Positions 39,301-46,231 of a stretch of 64,000 bases of DNA are shown here, piece after piece. A program made the position numbers and the translations under genes. The notes beneath the pieces are model-generated. The model saw only the letters and a list, made by a program, of their open reading frames with translations, ran no database searches and had not been told where the DNA came from. This stretch comes from a virus, in the IMG/VR virus record IMGVR_UViG_3300023174_000145, positions 10,409 to 74,408 of that record; one strand, written 5' to 3'. Within the stretch, counting starts at the first letter, position 1. Each line of letters starts with the position of its first letter.

Positions 39301-41839
39301 TATCACTGTATGAAGTAAACCTATCTAATCTTTGCTGATATGGTGCATTTGCCCAATTCAATCTTACATCTCCACGACCACCACGACTGGTAAGCCACAT
39401 AAGAGTTTCCCATATTTGTCTTACTTCTGGAGTATGTCTATTTTTATCATCATATAATTCTGCTCGCATTAAATGCTTGTTTTCTAATGAAGTTGAGCCA
39501 GAAACGTCATTAAAAATATCTCTAAAAAATCCTGGATACTTTTCTCCCATTGGAGAGATTCTACCAATTCCAGGAGAACCAGCATTTGCATCAAATGGTC
39601 TACGACCAGCAAGAACTGGATTTATCCAAGCCCTTAATGCAAGTTGTAAATCTTCTGGAGTATATGATGTATTAGCATATCCATTTATTCTACCACCCGA
39701 TTGAAAGCGAGGTGCTTGTTTAAAGTTAATCTCATCAAGAAGACCAGAATGTTGCTGTGCTGCTTTTTTATTTACAACATATTCTCCAGGCTCAAGCATT
39801 GCTGGAACCTTATCTCCGTCTCCACTTCCTGGCACCCAAGGAGAACCACCTCTTTGGAATTTTGCTCTTGGTGGGCTTCCAGTAGTAGTCTGAGCAGCAA
39901 CTTGTTGATTAACAAATCCTGGATTTAATGTAATAGCCTCACTAAGATGTTTTTTATAAACTGCAAGAACTTGATTAAGTTTTTCAACACTAGTTTTTTG
40001 TTGCTCAAAAGCCATAGATAGAGCATCTGTTGATTTTTGTGCCATAAGTTGTGTGTCATCAAGCATCTTAAATTTTTCAACAGGGATACCAGACATTCTT
40101 CTACCAAGGTTAACAATACCCATAGCACCTTTAGCAATATAACCAATAAAGTTAGAAAATACACCAGCAACCATAATTATTGGACCAGCAATTACAGCCA
40201 ATCCAGTCGCTACTTTAATAAAAGATTTTACAGGAGATGGAAGTTTTTCAAAAAATTTGATTACTTGTCCAATTTTTTTAGTCACGTTTTCAATAATTGG
40301 AGTAATTGCACTTGTAATAGAACCACCAATATCAATAAACTGTGATTTAATAGATTCTGTTGCTCTTTGGAATCTTTTAGCACCACTATTCATAAGTGTA
40401 TCCATTTCAAGATATGAATTAGCAGCAAGTTCTTTTTGAGACTTACCCATCAATTCCATAACTTGCATAGTCTGTGAACTTGATGCATTTAGATTATCAA
40501 ACAGTGCAGATATACGAGCAAACTGATATTTACCAAATATGTTTTCAATAACTTGTGCTTTACCAAAATCATCAAGTAGCTGTAATTGTTTTTGAAATTC
40601 AATAATTGTTGGCATAAGTTGTCCACGATTTGCTTGAACAATCTTGTTAATATCTATTCCATATTGTGCAGCAACTTCAGTTGCTCTCTTAGTTGGATTA
40701 ATAAGAGATGCCATACCAGATTTAATTGCGTTAGCACCTTCTGCCGCAGATATACCACCTTCTTTAAGAGCAACCATAAGAAGCGAAAGATCTTTAACGT
40801 CTCCACCAAGTGCTTTAATAACAGGACCAGCTTTTGGAATTGCTGTTGTTAAGTCTTGCAAAGAAAGAGATGTTTGGTTTTCTACAGCATTTAAAAAGTC
40901 AACAGAGTGAGCAAGTTCATCTGTACTAACTTTAAATGCATTTTGAATAGATAGCGTTGCTTTCATAGCATCTGCTCTATCTACATCACCAAGAGTTGCT
41001 AAACGAGTAGTTTCTCTAATTGAATTTAAAAGTTTTTGCCCTTCAAGACCTGTTGCCGCAAGGTCTGCGGCTAGTGATGCGGTATCTTTTACAGCAATAC
41101 CCATAGTTTTTGCAAACTCAATACCTAGTTGCTTTACATTTTCAGTCATTTTAATTGTTTCAGCGTCACCAGATGACATAAGACCAGAACCATAAACTTT
41201 TTGGAATCTTGTTAATTCTTCATTTACTTCACGGAAAATCTTTGACATTTGATTTCCCCACATAGTTAGTGGTACAGTAAGACCAACAGTAATCTGTCTA
41301 CCAGCCCATTGTGTATTTTTACCAAAATTAATAAGTTTGGTTGTTCCATCTTGAACTATAGAATTAAATATATCAAACTGTTTTCTAGAAACAGCAAGTT
41401 TTGTGTTAAAATCATTAAGATTAATATTTTGTGGGGTAATCATCATCCCCAGTTGCTTGCCACTCTTTTCACCAAGAATAGCAAGTTGTGACATTTCACG
41501 AGCAACTTCACGAACTGCTAATTTATGTGCATTTGATGATTTTGTAAATGCACCAATTCCTTCTTTTGCATATTGTTTTAGGCTTAGTTCCTGTTTTTCA
41601 AGGGCTTTTCCAAAAGAAGTTACATTATCAGTGAGCTCTATTACCTTTGTGTTCCAGCCACCCATCTTTCCAATATCACTAGAAAGTGCGTCACCAAGAC
41701 TTAGTTTTAATGCAGATGCTTGTTTATCAAAATTTTGAAGTGTTTGATTTAAAAGATTTGCTTGCGTTTGCAATAAACGCATCTGATTAATGACTGGACC
41801 AAAATCAGCATTATACTTAAAATAAGCATCAATACTCAT
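30395..41839 (-). CDS. Tape measure protein (3814 aa) carrying an internal array of enzymatic cargo domains
   Basis: Follows the tail chaperones; N-terminal TP901-type TMP core (LAATGLEG...DFLNAVENQTSLSLQDLTTAIPKAGPVI...GISAAEGANAIKSG); three GG...D..PAML..GEYVV motifs; long helical/coiled-coil C-half. Confidence 0.93.
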   Translation of the reverse strand: MSIDAYFKYNADFGPVINQMRLLQTQANLLNQTLQNFDKQASALKLSLGDALSSDIGKMGGWNTKVIELTDNVTSFGKALEKQELSLKQYAKEGIGAFTKSSNAHKLAVREVAREMSQLAILGEKSGKQLGMMITPQNINLNDFNTKLAVSRKQFDIFNSIVQDGTTKLINFGKNTQWAGRQITVGLTVPLTMWGNQMSKIFREVNEELTRFQKVYGSGLMSSGDAETIKMTENVKQLGIEFAKTMGIAVKDTASLAADLAATGLEGQKLLNSIRETTRLATLGDVDRADAMKATLSIQNAFKVSTDELAHSVDFLNAVENQTSLSLQDLTTAIPKAGPVIKALGGDVKDLSLLMVALKEGGISAAEGANAIKSGMASLINPTKRATEVAAQYGIDINKIVQANRGQLMPTIIEFQKQLQLLDDFGKAQVIENIFGKYQFARISALFDNLNASSSQTMQVMELMGKSQKELAANSYLEMDTLMNSGAKRFQRATESIKSQFIDIGGSITSAITPIIENVTKKIGQVIKFFEKLPSPVKSFIKVATGLAVIAGPIIMVAGVFSNFIGYIAKGAMGIVNLGRRMSGIPVEKFKMLDDTQLMAQKSTDALSMAFEQQKTSVEKLNQVLAVYKKHLSEAITLNPGFVNQQVAAQTTTGSPPRAKFQRGGSPWVPGSGDGDKVPAMLEPGEYVVNKKAAQQHSGLLDEINFKQAPRFQSGGRINGYANTSYTPEDLQLALRAWINPVLAGRRPFDANAGSPGIGRISPMGEKYPGFFRDIFNDVSGSTSLENKHLMRAELYDDKNRHTPEVRQIWETLMWLTSRGGRGDVRLNWANAPYQQRLDRFTSYSDIQDTEFYKRFIKTFQDPKNKRVSDSRQRKLDAGELIPWIHDLWTGKGNNIGGIDVQSLFQGTTQWGNEGEFILPGGMSIPITGYGSDLKTRMLMLHSVLPGATKNINGREVPIFQSGGRVNNYADKSVSPELLSLVESWQQSTQYLRQDPERLQKFMSYFEPSKDPMTLRRKTSLGLPGEIPDADQLAILQALESGDFLSLAGRKINFNGSPQSYSEHALDWLVGKQFSNPLSGRSFIQEDLLRKQKNLDAFNYVVDMFRREPNNPFVIEDLQKRIGLSPTDPITEDAIDRGRRAREETVQAVKNELQSQLPMGVEPQTVMIERLFGKGTSMLPISQIAQSTEYMGEQLKEREIATATTSGVLDSVSQMWAPPSSFRGGQKAYDEQKHLFPYVLNFKQNGGRIQSAEVGWTEEEIKKASSQYIDTELQSHNFKGFGRGRSEKRRPYPDDEIWGSNPLNTALHILLPNAVGRSEEEKTQLNILRRYMSMFNITDPNQLSPGMKAALMEMFMVHAGDQMLAIDPSRIQTMEKYDRGSAQMEGPGTYFSSNLKTHDEGWDSYAGGFKYTISKTREAFRKVARGKGYIEAYDETTDFHEPSKQLIQLINSFSRTKSGKEAMQDRDYYGPSFNKNHWLRDAASAAEHSGPGSPFFEYLVKEGYQGIKWSPATITNFNIGRDGISLSPISNKAIYDIWDEENSDYVQLKQPYPAHIPDLSPVGYLKGGRVNNFESKSLMPQKYADKQAAIEEMLALAHLEATTGRFAGMPITDVGQRQSGMGGFSSAIPGVNGVYEINGQKFIVKGHNTLDSALIESRGTQLTQDMFGLTTPQQELIKFLHPQTGQQMFGVRSPFDSRFAKTSGQIAPEAFFKQALAAIIRGDADLQADNLFDSIVTDTGAAYVSDRASQPRTLSGKKYDVATQARINFLMQKGGARRWFAEATAGIAASMTPEQYEAGFLNAIAEAQANAGGAIGALQNLTPEEKAMYQLLIGDLSAASKINWKEIHAHHVGIKPEPVKPKSAPTAKALEKKAADAAERQQAIDAGFPTWMLQSGGRVNNFADKSLYQKEYKSNNLAFAHTVPYMSFGASRLLYPIGFDIPKTLNSELSKSSAKEMDLYNYINAPKALNTMTALFNKIGTTINPKEIQSFVSNKLNKTDPNDMINDPELYQKTLMSKKVQSLIEDFKKRGEFSDVRTDLGAFGVDKAFDALGYVLEKDGSYTLKNLPAKLKGFPLPEKIYQRKKADYTVFQTAAEGIGGTLAKTRDNTERRRAKNPGTKVYPNIIEIALAKLFGVTDELTGKNITGVSHLLNPEHLQSGGRVNNFAEDSMKEATHKWDKKGSAPKQYETVLRSLPDWATKGAESRAIMQALIDAGLENPDKKAMYYMLDVLAHINPATTNTGEVYTKIWEAANLIKESQVYNTFLETLKSRGDIQSRGGLLAPYVIDAVMSQTGLPKNVVIEQLTNLSKGIHPTTRQGAMTMLELARMFPRNTKDGKGIPIAVVAGLQERLKGDFYETLQSRALPPGLPTVKVISYNEDAKTPQSRSGVVMPSGVSKSKIIYPSFAGGGDRISGTGATVNVSPDGKILSSTIDDMLVTSASGHPMAVSSRELLAVTPDGRVAGVTSPGDEARKRIVHPFGTSLIRGKNFRANNFDSTSADFTEPVYMGDIQPGSMGKFAAAFSMMATSGFQMKFVLDQFTSDVQNGRQKWVAGIAAATQGLKYFANSGMGTFGQTLKDKGDEMSADIYDIKTRKAVNSPIKRFIGKGLSGVGSGMGKLASALSNPIVSMGIDLAITGIQKGIEIYNAEMEKARQAGKAAFAEPTETAKLLGIQLKSTTDAVEKFNKVAQNISGLDQGIGAYNKAFEKTVKTDFSPLIDTLKSTKSLQEKNNQLVNVYSNLIQRGIKAKEAREITAEIARQGQALDSYASVVERLKTIKTAPDALAQQILTLKNQTALLQQRSNEFGVKAQWNGQSWDQLMKSGAENQRVMFEALGATGNGLKDKFLRGIFGTKGVWGYLGGAQITSLIAPVLIDNKVKTQIASQLGATLKSAFAMAAENPTASTEAVNLIVSEFKNADIGKLSDQLQQMVKDAGFGEGSALFDFFGKDGAFFKLDKSKQKAALLALGNGMGQDLSAAILNGTIEADLGKKIPEELAKRMSLVKIETDVDLQLEDTAKQLNQLKEGIQKVFDVAIEAKQAELETEDKRHEKALENLDLEAERINNKKGILQENTDYYLKQLQKEKEAEDFYAKQRQTGLTGLKAIASGDVFGFIGSQIEAASAADQYGRDLSMQNIQDTADAEQKKLDDSLKAIDDRKKAEDTRHQAEIDNINAEIDLLRKKESQAVGQITQALDLIEKAQGMSIGTPGWQKAILAAQSAADKAEKTGISAGTGLTINTKDQSIIKSFNTAKSGFNDAVAIMAGDTMDAVDRLNAASTNVKKIFQSQGIDPETSKAYKDVFGLLQKPPAPGVTEAVAAFAYAITLNENGLPGITNPPTTPQTSPPSTAKSGYAQDGTRIYEVGGKWQYADGSPYNKKALKTDPSKTPVTQWKYWADGGYISGPGTATSDSIPAMLSDGEYVVKASSVSKYGKPFLDSINSQHFAFGGLVKRLWNGARSTVSDISDTVENFAISTMKDPKKFIKGIGSGIANNLLGVDDFTSMYRHFRKGEFKAGFKSLGGGLLELGTTALMFVPGAGQAAMLAKFAQVGRIASIASKASRVAGLLSKTIDAKNAVYASGTLIDLVTDVNKLKTFSESNKIKSIIESNRVRSVLNAAKPVGKAAKKYVPEAAEKLDQFDSAQSLFNILTGKGEGEDYSNVTNYGGSRITHRLFPWFKYAANGGHMVGPGSTTSDSIPAMLSNGEYVVKASSVAKYGVPFMNAVNAGRYAGGGGVGVMPRTSVPSSPTYSIPSTPSISPSGIASIAQYNGGGYAEGNTNAPTYHFNFNGAGMDMVMGHVNKAMGGTIGNNSRGVYC
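36164..37108 (-). other. TMP cassette 4: HipA/PI3K-like kinase fold
   Basis: Gly-rich loop GGFSS..GVNGVY, FIVK, E helix (LIES), GL.TP, DADLQADN, DTG. Confidence 0.6.
37151..38080 (-). other. TMP cassette 3: H-Y-type ART (ART-PolyVal-like) domain
   Basis: MVHAG...IDPSRI...GPGTYFS...Y...LVKEGYQGIKW. Confidence 0.55.
38117..38920 (-). other. TMP cassette 2: second R-S-ExE ART-like domain
   Basis: TLRR ... PQSYS ... KGTSMLPISQI ... KEREI. Confidence 0.55.
38963..39673 (-). other. TMP cassette 1: R-S-ExE ADP-ribosyltransferase-like domain
   Basis: LMRA ... FTSYS ... GGIDVQSL ... NEGEFILPGG. Confidence 0.7.
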
Positions 41840-41841
41840 TA

Positions 41842-42216
41842 TTAATTAACTCCAATCATTCCATAGGAAAGACCATCATCTTCACTAATACCAAAAGCAA
41901 TAGCATTTGCCTGAGTCATATCTCCAGTAACCCTTGCAGCAGCTCTTGCTTGAATTTCTTCTAGTGTTGTCACTTTTTCACTTTGTTGCGTTTGTGAATC
42001 TGATAAATCAATGCCCTGAATTGCAGCAAGGAATTTATTTTGACGATTTTCTTTTTCATGCATAGCACCTAATGTAGCTATAAGCTCAGACATTGACAAA
42101 CTATTCTCTAGTTCTTCATAGTCTTTCCAGTGACCTAATAGGAATACTTCTGCTTCCAAGGCAGCCAGGTCTAGTTCGTTCCAGCTAGTTCCTGAGCTGC
42201 CGCTAGTAGGTTTGGG
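41842..42216 (-). CDS. Tail assembly chaperone, post-frameshift (gpT-like) segment
   Basis: The -1 frame is open from the slippery site: ...GSSGTSWNELDLAALEAEVFLLGHWKDYEELE...; sits between the chaperone and TMP. Confidence 0.8.
   Translation of the reverse strand, partial: PKPTSGSSGTSWNELDLAALEAEVFLLGHWKDYEELENSLSMSELIATLGAMHEKENRQNKFLAAIQGIDLSDSQTQQSEKVTTLEEIQARAAARVTGDMTQANAIAFGISEDDGLSYGMIGVN
42161..42216 (-). promoter_or_regulatory. Programmed -1 ribosomal frameshift signal
   Basis: Heptamer C CCA AAC (42216-42210), 8-nt spacer, stem GGCAGC(T)CAGG...CCTGGCTGCC. Confidence 0.8.
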
Positions 42217-42503
42217 TCGTTAAGCTTAATATCTGCAGCAACCTCCAATATTTTATACATAGTCTGAAGATCTAAAACCTCTTCAAGTTTTTCGACCTCC
42301 GAAAGTTCTGGTGCGAACTGCTTCATAGCAATTGATGTACATTCAATGAGGGTCTCCAAGAAACCATCTTCACTATCCTTAGTTTCGATTTCTTTCCACT
42401 TTTTCATTACTTCTCTTAAGTTTTTAAGATTGAGTGGTTTAACGGTTATTACTGTACCGTCCTGTAATTCCATCTCAATTGATTCATATATTTTTGTAGC
42501 CAT
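42171..42503 (-). CDS. Tail assembly chaperone (gpG-like)
   Basis: Between the major tail and TMP genes; AGGAG RBS. Confidence 0.85.
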   Translation of the reverse strand: MATKIYESIEMELQDGTVITVKPLNLKNLREVMKKWKEIETKDSEDGFLETLIECTSIAMKQFAPELSEVEKLEEVLDLQTMYKILEVAADIKLNDPNLLAAAQELAGTN

Positions 42504-42556
42504 TTTTCTCCTAATGTCCTCTTTTATATTATAGCCTAATTTTGTTTATATATAGC

Positions 42557-42586
42557 AATGTGATGGGTATTTCTACCCATCACATT
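42557..42586 (-). terminator. Hairpin terminator after the major tail gene
   Basis: AATGTGATGGGTA-tttc-TACCCATCACATT perfect 13-bp stem. Confidence 0.7.
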
Positions 42587-42609
42587 ACATTAAGTTATTT
42601 GTATGTAAC

Positions 42610-43308
42610 TTAAGCAGTTACATATAGACGATCAATGATCTTTCCATAAAGTTGGTTTGCACCAGCACCAGCATTATTGAACTGTGATGAAGCCAAGAGA
42701 CGGAATGTTACAGGGAATACTGTAGCTTCATTTCTCTTAATTGCAACCGAAGCAGCTTCCATAGAAACAGCACGATAACCAATGTAGATACGCTCTGAGT
42801 ATTTTTCGTTATTAACAGCTGTTCCAATTTCTGGACCTGGACCAACAATAAGAATTGAACGCTCCAAAGGAGTAAGACCTAGAGCACCACCATTAATCTC
42901 GAACCTTTTGATTGTTCCAGATGATGTCGGACTTGATGTAGCCTGAAGATCTGTTGACTGTGAACCAACAACAGCGTAAAGGTTTTCAAGACTTGCCTCT
43001 GCAAAAGTTGTCTTAACCATTGCTTTCTGACCTTGCTTGTAAATCTTTGCAACATCAAGAAGCTGATCAACATTTACTTCACCATAATCTGGGGTAAAGT
43101 CAAATGTAACACCTTCAGATGTGTAACCAACGTGTCTCCACTTATCTGTAGCTTCTTGAACATTGCTTGGTTTTTGATAACTACCAGCGGTATTTGCAGT
43201 CCAAATTGCTTCAGTTTTAGCAATACTAGTTTCTGTCAATTCTTGACCAACAGCACCAACGTAGAAAACGCCAGCACCAACAATAATATTTTTTGAATTG
43301 TTTGCCAT
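42610..43308 (-). CDS. Major tail protein
   Basis: NIIVGAG, VGYTSEG, P.YGEV.VDQLLD, KRNEATVFPVTFRLL; position. Confidence 0.85.
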   Translation of the reverse strand: MANNSKNIIVGAGVFYVGAVGQELTETSIAKTEAIWTANTAGSYQKPSNVQEATDKWRHVGYTSEGVTFDFTPDYGEVNVDQLLDVAKIYKQGQKAMVKTTFAEASLENLYAVVGSQSTDLQATSSPTSSGTIKRFEINGGALGLTPLERSILIVGPGPEIGTAVNNEKYSERIYIGYRAVSMEAASVAIKRNEATVFPVTFRLLASSQFNNAGAGANQLYGKIIDRLYVTA

Positions 43309-43379
43309 ATTTTTTTTGCACCTCCTTGCATTTTTGAATTAGCTTTGGGGGCTTCCTCATTAATATAATACCACATATT

Positions 43380-43871
43380 CTATTTTCTAGTATACTCATA
43401 AGTTAAATAAAGAGTAGAAATATAAAGTCCAGATTCAAGGCTAACTGGTGCTTTTTCATTTATTGAATAATTGTCTTGCCTTACCTTAATACATTTAAAA
43501 TTAATTTCTTGATCCATTAAATGATTATTCATAGCCTGAGCAGATATATCAAATTGGCTCAAAACATCATAAATAAAGTTTTTAATTGGATATAGTTCAT
43601 TCCAGGGAGCAACAATAGAAAGGGTGGCTTCTTCTTTAATCATTGGAAATGTTTTAGTATCCACACCAGTATATACATAGTCATATAAAATATATGGAGT
43701 TTTGTCAGTTATAGCATTAGAATCATTAATAGCAAAAATAGGGGGTGTAATTGTATACTGGTCTACATTCCAAACGCTTGTAGGTAGTTTAGAAGCCCCA
43801 GAAATGGCACCTCTAGCCCTATCCCAAAGATAGTTTCCAATAAGAATAATTGGTAGTTTTGTATAATCCAT
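43380..43871 (-). CDS. Putative tail terminator
   Basis: Position upstream of the major tail gene; PYILYD. Confidence 0.55.
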   Translation of the reverse strand: MDYTKLPIILIGNYLWDRARGAISGASKLPTSVWNVDQYTITPPIFAINDSNAITDKTPYILYDYVYTGVDTKTFPMIKEEATLSIVAPWNELYPIKNFIYDVLSQFDISAQAMNNHLMDQEINFKCIKVRQDNYSINEKAPVSLESGLYISTLYLTYEYTRK

Positions 43872-43872
43872 A

Positions 43873-44541
43873 TTAAGTCATTGCCCTTCTAGTTATTTTC
43901 TTTGCCGATTGTTGTGCAAGACCAGAACCATTAAGATTTCCTTTATTGATACTTGAAATAGCTATATCTGATTCAATCTTTATTCCATCATTAATTCTAT
44001 CATAAAAACCAATGTCTGTCAAAATCTGATTAGCATTGTTTTGCATAAATGAATCAAATGCTGATTTAAATGAACCTGCTACTCTTGTACCGCCAGGATT
44101 TGGTACAAATACTTTTTTAGAAAAAACTTGTTCTCCATTTACCTGAAATGCTAAAAATTTTCCAGCCTTTGGAACAATAGTTAAAGATTTTCCATCTTCC
44201 ATAACAAAGGCTTTTCTTTTAAAAACGTCACCACTTTTTTCTGGCTTTGTTGCTTCAGTAAAATTATAGGTTATCTTTGATCCAGATATTGTATATTTAA
44301 ATAATCTAGCATTTTCATTTCCAGACTGTCCAGTTTCATAAACGTGGTGAAAAGACATATGATCTCTTCTTGCTAGGTTATCCAAATACAATCCAAAATG
44401 TTTTCCAATTATTTCAAGACCATATTTAATTATTGAATCTTTATTGCTAGATTTTTCGTGTAATTCGGTTAAAAGCTGTGAATGATATTGTGCTACCGCC
44501 ATAATTTTTTCTGGCATTTTTCCAGTATCTACTTTGCCCAT
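43873..44541 (-). CDS. Neck / tail-completion protein
   Basis: Position; HHVYE...ARLF...KA.VME.G...VPNPGG. Confidence 0.55.
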   Translation of the reverse strand: MGKVDTGKMPEKIMAVAQYHSQLLTELHEKSSNKDSIIKYGLEIIGKHFGLYLDNLARRDHMSFHHVYETGQSGNENARLFKYTISGSKITYNFTEATKPEKSGDVFKRKAFVMEDGKSLTIVPKAGKFLAFQVNGEQVFSKKVFVPNPGGTRVAGSFKSAFDSFMQNNANQILTDIGFYDRINDGIKIESDIAISSINKGNLNGSGLAQQSAKKITRRAMT

Positions 44542-44984
44542 TATAGACCTTCAAGTTCTTGTATTTCTTGTCTTTGTAAAACAGTTTCATACTCTATGAT
44601 TGAGCCATCAAAGTTTAGTATAGGTGTAGATCCACGAGGTTCAAATATTGTTGCACCATCTACGCCGCCTTTACTATTTGCAATATAGTCTTCTGTCCAA
44701 ATAACATTTGACCCAGATCTTATTGCAACAACTCTATTTGTTGACACAATAGGGCTTTTTGTTCGGATTTTAATAAAATCTTTATTTATAACTATTTGAT
44801 CTTTTATATCTATGTTTGCAGAGTTGTTTCCCATCTTAGAGCCTAACAAACCACGAGCAACACAAGATATTGTTTCTTGTAGTGTCCAAGTTTTTGAAAC
44901 CATTCCATTTGTAGCATTTCTAGTTACAGAAGGGGTGTAAACATCTGCCTTCATACTATATACCGATGCTGCTAGGCAAGACAT
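44541..44984 (-). CDS. Head-to-tail stopper
   Basis: Position; beta-rich 147 aa. Confidence 0.6.
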   Translation of the reverse strand: MSCLAASVYSMKADVYTPSVTRNATNGMVSKTWTLQETISCVARGLLGSKMGNNSANIDIKDQIVINKDFIKIRTKSPIVSTNRVVAIRSGSNVIWTEDYIANSKGGVDGATIFEPRGSTPILNFDGSIIEYETVLQRQEIQELEGL

Positions 44985-46229
44985 TTAAATCGCCCGCAAA
45001 TCCCATCGCTTATATGGTTCAAGCAATGAATCAACATATAGATTTCCTGTGCTATTAAGAATACCATCTTGGAATGTAATATCAAACGAATCATTTTTAA
45101 TTGACTTAAATCCTTTATTACGATATACAAAATCAGAGCATAATAGATCTACAAATAGTTCCATAGTTGCTTGTTTGATTGCATCTGGAACATACTTCCA
45201 TCCATATTCACCACGAACATTGAATGAACTATTTTGTCCAAAAAATGCTGGCATAGCAATAGGGTTAATATCCAACCATTCAGCAATATTTACACCTTGC
45301 TGATATGTTCTAAGTCCATAATGACTTTCTGTAATAACAAGTGGTAAGGATAAATTATCTACTGTTTCATATAAAGAACTATCATAATAAACGATGTCAT
45401 CTGAAGTTATTTTGTCATATGACTCAATTCTTTCACCTAAGTGCAAAAGGTCGGCTCCAAGTCCAAGAGTAGACACAGTTTTATATTCAAAATTAAATTT
45501 ATCATTTGTTCTAGCATTTATTAAAAGTCTTGCTTTCTTTTCAAACTTTTCAAATGTTGATTGATTTAGATGTGTAGAGTCTTCATCTTGATGAGAAACA
45601 AAAGAAATTTTTTGAGAAACACCACCAAAGGCTGGTCCAAAATCTATAAACTTTACTGTAATACTATAATCTTTTTCTATATGAGTTATTACTGCAATAC
45701 CATAATTTGTTTCTGAATTATCTGGAATACTTACAGCTGAAATCCTTACTTTATCTCCAACAATATAAGAACCAGTATATGGATCTGTTCCAATATTATT
45801 AAAACCTATATATTTTTTAGGAGAATAAAAAGTATATCCGTTGCTAACAATATCTTGATTTAGATAACCATATCCCCAATATAAATCATAGTCCCCAATG
45901 CTAGGGTCTGGTAACAAATTAATTCCAGAATATTCAGCTAGTTCTAGTGCTGTTGCATAAGGTCTTATAAGACTTATATACAATTCATCTGTATATGAAT
46001 TATTTGATTGTATTCCTTGAATCTCAATCTTTAATTGACGATCATATGCGGTGGTATTTGAATCTAATAAAATACCTGCAATATTATTTTCAATATTATT
46101 TGTTTGATCATATTGAATATATTGATCATTTACTAAATCATATACACTATATACTATAGATACTGTGTTTGATTTTGTTGTGTATGGAATATTTAAACTA
46201 GATCCATCTGTTCTTATATATTCTTTCAC
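44985..46229 (-). CDS. Head-to-tail adaptor
   Basis: PYAT..EL, G.YGW.YVP.AIKQA, TGN.YVD.LL.PY. Confidence 0.75.
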   Translation of the reverse strand: MKEYIRTDGSSLNIPYTTKSNTVSIVYSVYDLVNDQYIQYDQTNNIENNIAGILLDSNTTAYDRQLKIEIQGIQSNNSYTDELYISLIRPYATALELAEYSGINLLPDPSIGDYDLYWGYGYLNQDIVSNGYTFYSPKKYIGFNNIGTDPYTGSYIVGDKVRISAVSIPDNSETNYGIAVITHIEKDYSITVKFIDFGPAFGGVSQKISFVSHQDEDSTHLNQSTFEKFEKKARLLINARTNDKFNFEYKTVSTLGLGADLLHLGERIESYDKITSDDIVYYDSSLYETVDNLSLPLVITESHYGLRTYQQGVNIAEWLDINPIAMPAFFGQNSSFNVRGEYGWKYVPDAIKQATMELFVDLLCSDFVYRNKGFKSIKNDSFDITFQDGILNSTGNLYVDSLLEPYKRWDLRAI

Positions 46230-46231
46230 TT

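Larger units (their letters stand above)
35330..39706 (-). repeat. Six dispersed in-frame linker repeats, consensus (F/L)QSGGRVNN(F/Y)A
   Basis: FQSGGRINGYA (39706), FQSGGRVNNYADKS (38962), FKQNGGRIQSAE (38116), YLKGGRVNNFESKS (37150), LQSGGRVNNFADKS (36163), LQSGGRVNNFAEDS (35371). Confidence 0.92.

Noticed and set aside
35330-39706. Linker repeats as a CRISPR array, attC cassettes or DGR repeats
   Set aside because: They are in-frame, 740-990 bp apart and vary at synonymous sites; no integrase or reverse transcriptase is present.
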